A stretch of DNA of 64,000 nucleotides from the human T2T-CHM13v2.0 reference genome, Homo sapiens, in the NCBI RefSeq assembly GCF_009914755.1, contig NC_060925.1; one strand, 5' to 3'. The notes below the pieces were generated by a model. That model saw only the letters and a list, made by a program, of their open reading frames with translations, made no database searches and was not told where the DNA came from. Of the stretch, positions 59,940 through 64,000 are shown piece by piece. The translations under genes were made by a program, and so were the position numbers. Every line of letters starts with the position of its first letter. Within the stretch, counting starts at the first letter, position 1.

Positions 59940-60930
59940 TTAGCTAGGGAAAATGTGGAGGGAAGAGCATTTTAGGCAAGAAAAACAGAGTGTGGGAAGA
60001 CCCTGGGGAAAGAAGGAACCAGGCACATTCGCAGACCTGAAAGAGGCCATTGTGGTGGGAGCACACTGAGCATGGTTGGGAGCAAGCTGAGGTCAGAGTG
60101 AATAACGAGGAGGGGCTCACCCACGCAGGGTCTCATGGGCATGTTAAAGATTGTATTTTGTCCTTAGTTCACAGAGATGCTATCTGGGTTGTACAGAGGA
60201 GTGATATTTTGAAGTGATTTTACTGGATACTATGTGGAAAATGAATTATGAGAAGGCAAGAATGACCACAGAAAGAACAATAGCAAGAATTTTCATTTGC
60301 CCCAGGAAGATATGATCATGATTTAGGCCAAGTTTGTGGTCTAGAGCTTGAAGGAAGATAAATGAATATGAATGATAAAATATAAGAGAACTTGAGTAAT
60401 GGCTTGAATAAAAAGGATAAATTTATTCTATAGTTGTGGGAGATATTTGGGGAATTTTAAGATTTTAAGCAAGGATGTAGCTTTATCTGACTGTTTAAAA
60501 ACAGCATGGAAGACTGGAAGAAGAAAGGTAGTTTGGAATCAACAAAATCAGTCAATGAGAAAGAGAAAGAGGTTGTAATGATAGAAAATCTGTCGAAGAA
60601 GAAAACCCAGTGCCTAGTGACTCACTACAATTAGTGCCAATGGAGAATGGAATCTAGAATGAACAGATCTTTGTCTTGAGTTACTAGATGGAGAGTTGTG
60701 ACTTTTACTGATGTAGAAACTACAAGAGGAGACAGAAAGTTGGGGGAATAAACAAACACATTTACCTTAACATGTGCTGAGTGTGTGGTGCCTGTGGGAT
60801 ATCCAAGGGGTTATATAGAGGGCTTTGGGGCTTGGGAGGAAAGTCTAGACATGCCAAAGAGAATCACAGTTACCAATGTATAGGTGGTATTTGAAGTCAT
60901 ACATTTGGATAATTGCTCAGTAAGAATATT
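59940..60930 (-). mobile_element. L2 fragments
   Basis: gggaagagcattttaggcaagaaaaacag; gcctgtgggatatccaag; aggtggtatttgaagtcat. Confidence 0.65.
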
Positions 60931-60964
60931 TTGAACAGTTAAGATTCTAAACCCCTTCTCTCTC

Positions 60965-60986
60965 TGTTGTTGTTGTTGTTGTTGTT
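60965..60986. repeat. (TTG)n microsatellite
   Basis: About 7 TGT units; the source of the poly-Q in ORF 60811..61026. Confidence 0.9.
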
Positions 60987-61789
60987 TTGAATATACTAGA
61001 AGCATAAGGCATATGTCCCTCACCACCAGTCCTTTCCTCCTCGATGATTTTGATCATGGCACCATGTTCATTCAAGGGAATGTAAGAGAGGGCAAAGGCA
61101 ATAACCAAACAAAATAAAGCCCATATAATTTTTTATAGTCTTCATCTCACTCCCGAATTACTGAAAGCTACCAATATACGTTATTAAATATATGCATACC
61201 TGAGAAAACCAAAAATTGTCTAAAATAGTGGCCACCACACAGTAGGCTCTCAAAAAACATATGCTGAAAGTTTTCCATTGACCAGAACAACAGAAGACAC
61301 TAAATGAAATTGACATAGAAAATAGCTGAAAAGAAAGAAGGCACACTAGGAAAGATGATGCTAAGGAGGCCCAAAGAAGAGATTAAAAACTCAAGAAAAA
61401 AATGTCAAAAATCTATGAGTGCATTTATCACACTCAATTTCATTTACTTCTCTCTTCTCTAGTTTAACAGATCTTAGGCTTTCATTCACCAAAATGCATA
61501 AGAATCACTTGGACAACTATTTCTGAGCTGCAAGGTAAGCAGGATGAACTGCAGGTTTGCCCTACAAGTCAGTCTTCTATTATTGCTACCGCTTTATCTA
61601 TCACTCAAAACAAGTGTTAGAATGCCAGTGAATGAAAATGATTTCATTTTAGGGATTAATTATTGATAATAGCAAACCATCCCCTAACTCTTCTTAAAAG
61701 ACAAATATTAGTAACAAATTATGTAAGACAAATCCCACAAATGATCACAATATCACATAATACGTAACTGTGGGGAGATGAGATTGAGA

Positions 61790-61875
61790 GTTGCTGAACT
61801 GGACTGTGAGCTCCTTTGAAGTTTTGCATTCTCAGCACCTGGCATATGGTAGGCACTCAATAAATGTTCAGTGAC
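61790..61875 (+). mobile_element. L2 3' end fragment
   Basis: ggactgtgagctcctttga...cagcacctggcatatggtaggcactcaataaatgtt. Confidence 0.7.
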
Positions 61876-62140
61876 ATAGAGCAAATTGAATTTCCAAACT
61901 GGGGAGCCATGGTTTTCTCTTCCTTTTGTCTTTATGAATGCTGATGGCATGTCTTGCCTTTGGCTGGCTACTACCTACTCATTCTCAAAGACTGTGTTTA
62001 GGTATTATTTCCAAAACCTTCCCTCAGCCTCCCACTCCTCTTCTACTCCCCTGCACTACACCCCCCACCACCACCATCTTTGGGCTGCATTAGATGCCCC
62101 TTGTTCACACAGCTGAAGCAATTGTGCATCCATCCTTTAT

Positions 62141-62651
<511 letters not shown>

Positions 62652-63679
62652 TGCTAAAGCATTCTTTTTCTCTCCTTGTGTTTATTGCATTATATTATAG
62701 TTTTTTGTATCTACACAATATGCCTTACAAGGTAAAGAAATTTTATCCACTTTATTCAAATATCTGGCACCACAGATGGCACTGCACTTACAAACCAAGG
62801 ATCAGGAACTTACTGTGTTGCTGGAGCCTTTTGTTTATTTCTAGGGTCTGGCCTAGAAATTAAAATACGATAGATATTCAGTGAATTATGTAATATATAT
62901 TACTAACTTCTTGACCACTTGAAATTCATCTTTTATCTTCTAGCCCATTCCCGTAATCTTGGAGAAATTTACCAGCTTCTTTGTTATCTTGATGTTTCTA
63001 ATTAGAATCTGTTGTATGTGAATGTGGGATTTTTATTTCTTAAGACTATATATACAATTTTGAAAGTAAACTTTTCCTAAGCTTTAATTCTTGGTGTACT
63101 ATACCACTAGCATTTCTCCATTCTATAAAGTATCACTTTCTCTCCTTCATTGGCTTTCTATCTTTGTTCTAGTTTTCCAGATATAGTAAAATAGGCCACA
63201 AAAGCTATGGTAATTATATTGCCCAGTAGTTTTCACTGGGGAAAGATTTTTGAAAGCCTAAATTCGTCTTCAGTTATGGCCACTGGTTCTTCCTTATGTG
63301 CATGTTTCTTTACCTGCTGGAAGTACTTGCACAGGTTACTTAGGCATAGTTTGTTTTAAAGAAAGACATGGTATCTTATTCCATCATTAGTTTTGTGTTT
63401 AAATGCTTAATGAATTTGCTTTACATTCTTTGTTCAGCTGGCAATGTCTGAGGCCCCCTCAAAGGATAATGTGAGTTCCCCTGAACAATCTGGGCAACAG
63501 ATGTCAACCAGGGAGAAGATGCTGGCAGTAGGGTTCCCGGGAGTTGAACATCTGCCTGACCTCCTACTGGGCTCTTCTAATGCTGCAGCCTAAGGTACTT
63601 ACATTCCCTAACCTTAGTGGCTCCACTGTTAAAGCAAGCATGATATTTACTACTCCCTGGTCTTCTAAAAAAGGAAGAT

Positions 63680-63890
63680 CATGGCATAGCAGTATTAACA
63701 AGGACTTTGGAGTCCAAAGACCTGCTTTAAGACTCAATGCTGTTATTCTTTAGCCACGTGACCAGAAACATTTTAAAATCCATTTTCCTTACATCTAAGC
63801 AAAGATATATCTACTTCAGATGCTTAATGAATTAATGCATACAAATATTTAGCAAAGGATGGGACTCATGTTAGGTATTCAGTACATGAA
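63680..63890 (+). mobile_element. MIR
   Basis: ggcatagcagtattaacaaggactttggagtc...tagccacgtgacc...cattttccttacatct. Confidence 0.65.
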
Positions 63891-64000
63891 AGTACCTTAC
63901 TTTCCTGTAATTTTATTCTATGTCATTCCATAACAGTTACTAGAATTCAAGCATATGACTTACTTTGAAATCCTTTTGTTTTTTAATGAAAGAGTGATAA

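Noticed and set aside
60811-61026. Poly-glutamine ORF
   Set aside because: Produced by a (TTG)n microsatellite beside L2 remnants.

Overview
AT-rich primate (simian/human-like) genomic DNA, intergenic or deep-intronic. No intact protein-coding gene, RNA gene or CpG island is recognisable. More than half of the window is LINE-1 of many ages. This includes a near-full-length L1PA8-like element (52915-59270, minus strand, perfect 13-bp TSD), a ~10-kb full-length L1MA8-like element carrying a nested L1PB and two Alus, and a nested cluster (old L1M > L1PB > MSTA plus a doubly deleted L1PA mini-element). There are also seven Alus, solo LTRs (MLT2A, MER4, MER57, MSTA, MLT1A/C, MLT2D, LTR16-like), MER2/MER20 DNA-transposon relics, MIR/L2 fragments and microsatellites. 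The recognisable ORFs in the supplied track are broken L1 ORF1/ORF2 pieces; the rest look like Alu, microsatellite or random ORFs. The most interesting observations are: a candidate L1-antisense-promoter spliced transcript leading to a 49-aa smORF; a ~62-bp near-perfect hairpin; an endonuclease-only mini-L1 with both termini and a TSD; a locally templated 30-bp insertion; an orphan TSD-flanked retroposed insert; and a possible ancient RTE/L4-type RT relic. I found no convincing novel multi-gene system. Subfamily names come from recalled consensus features and need RepeatMasker/Dfam confirmation.
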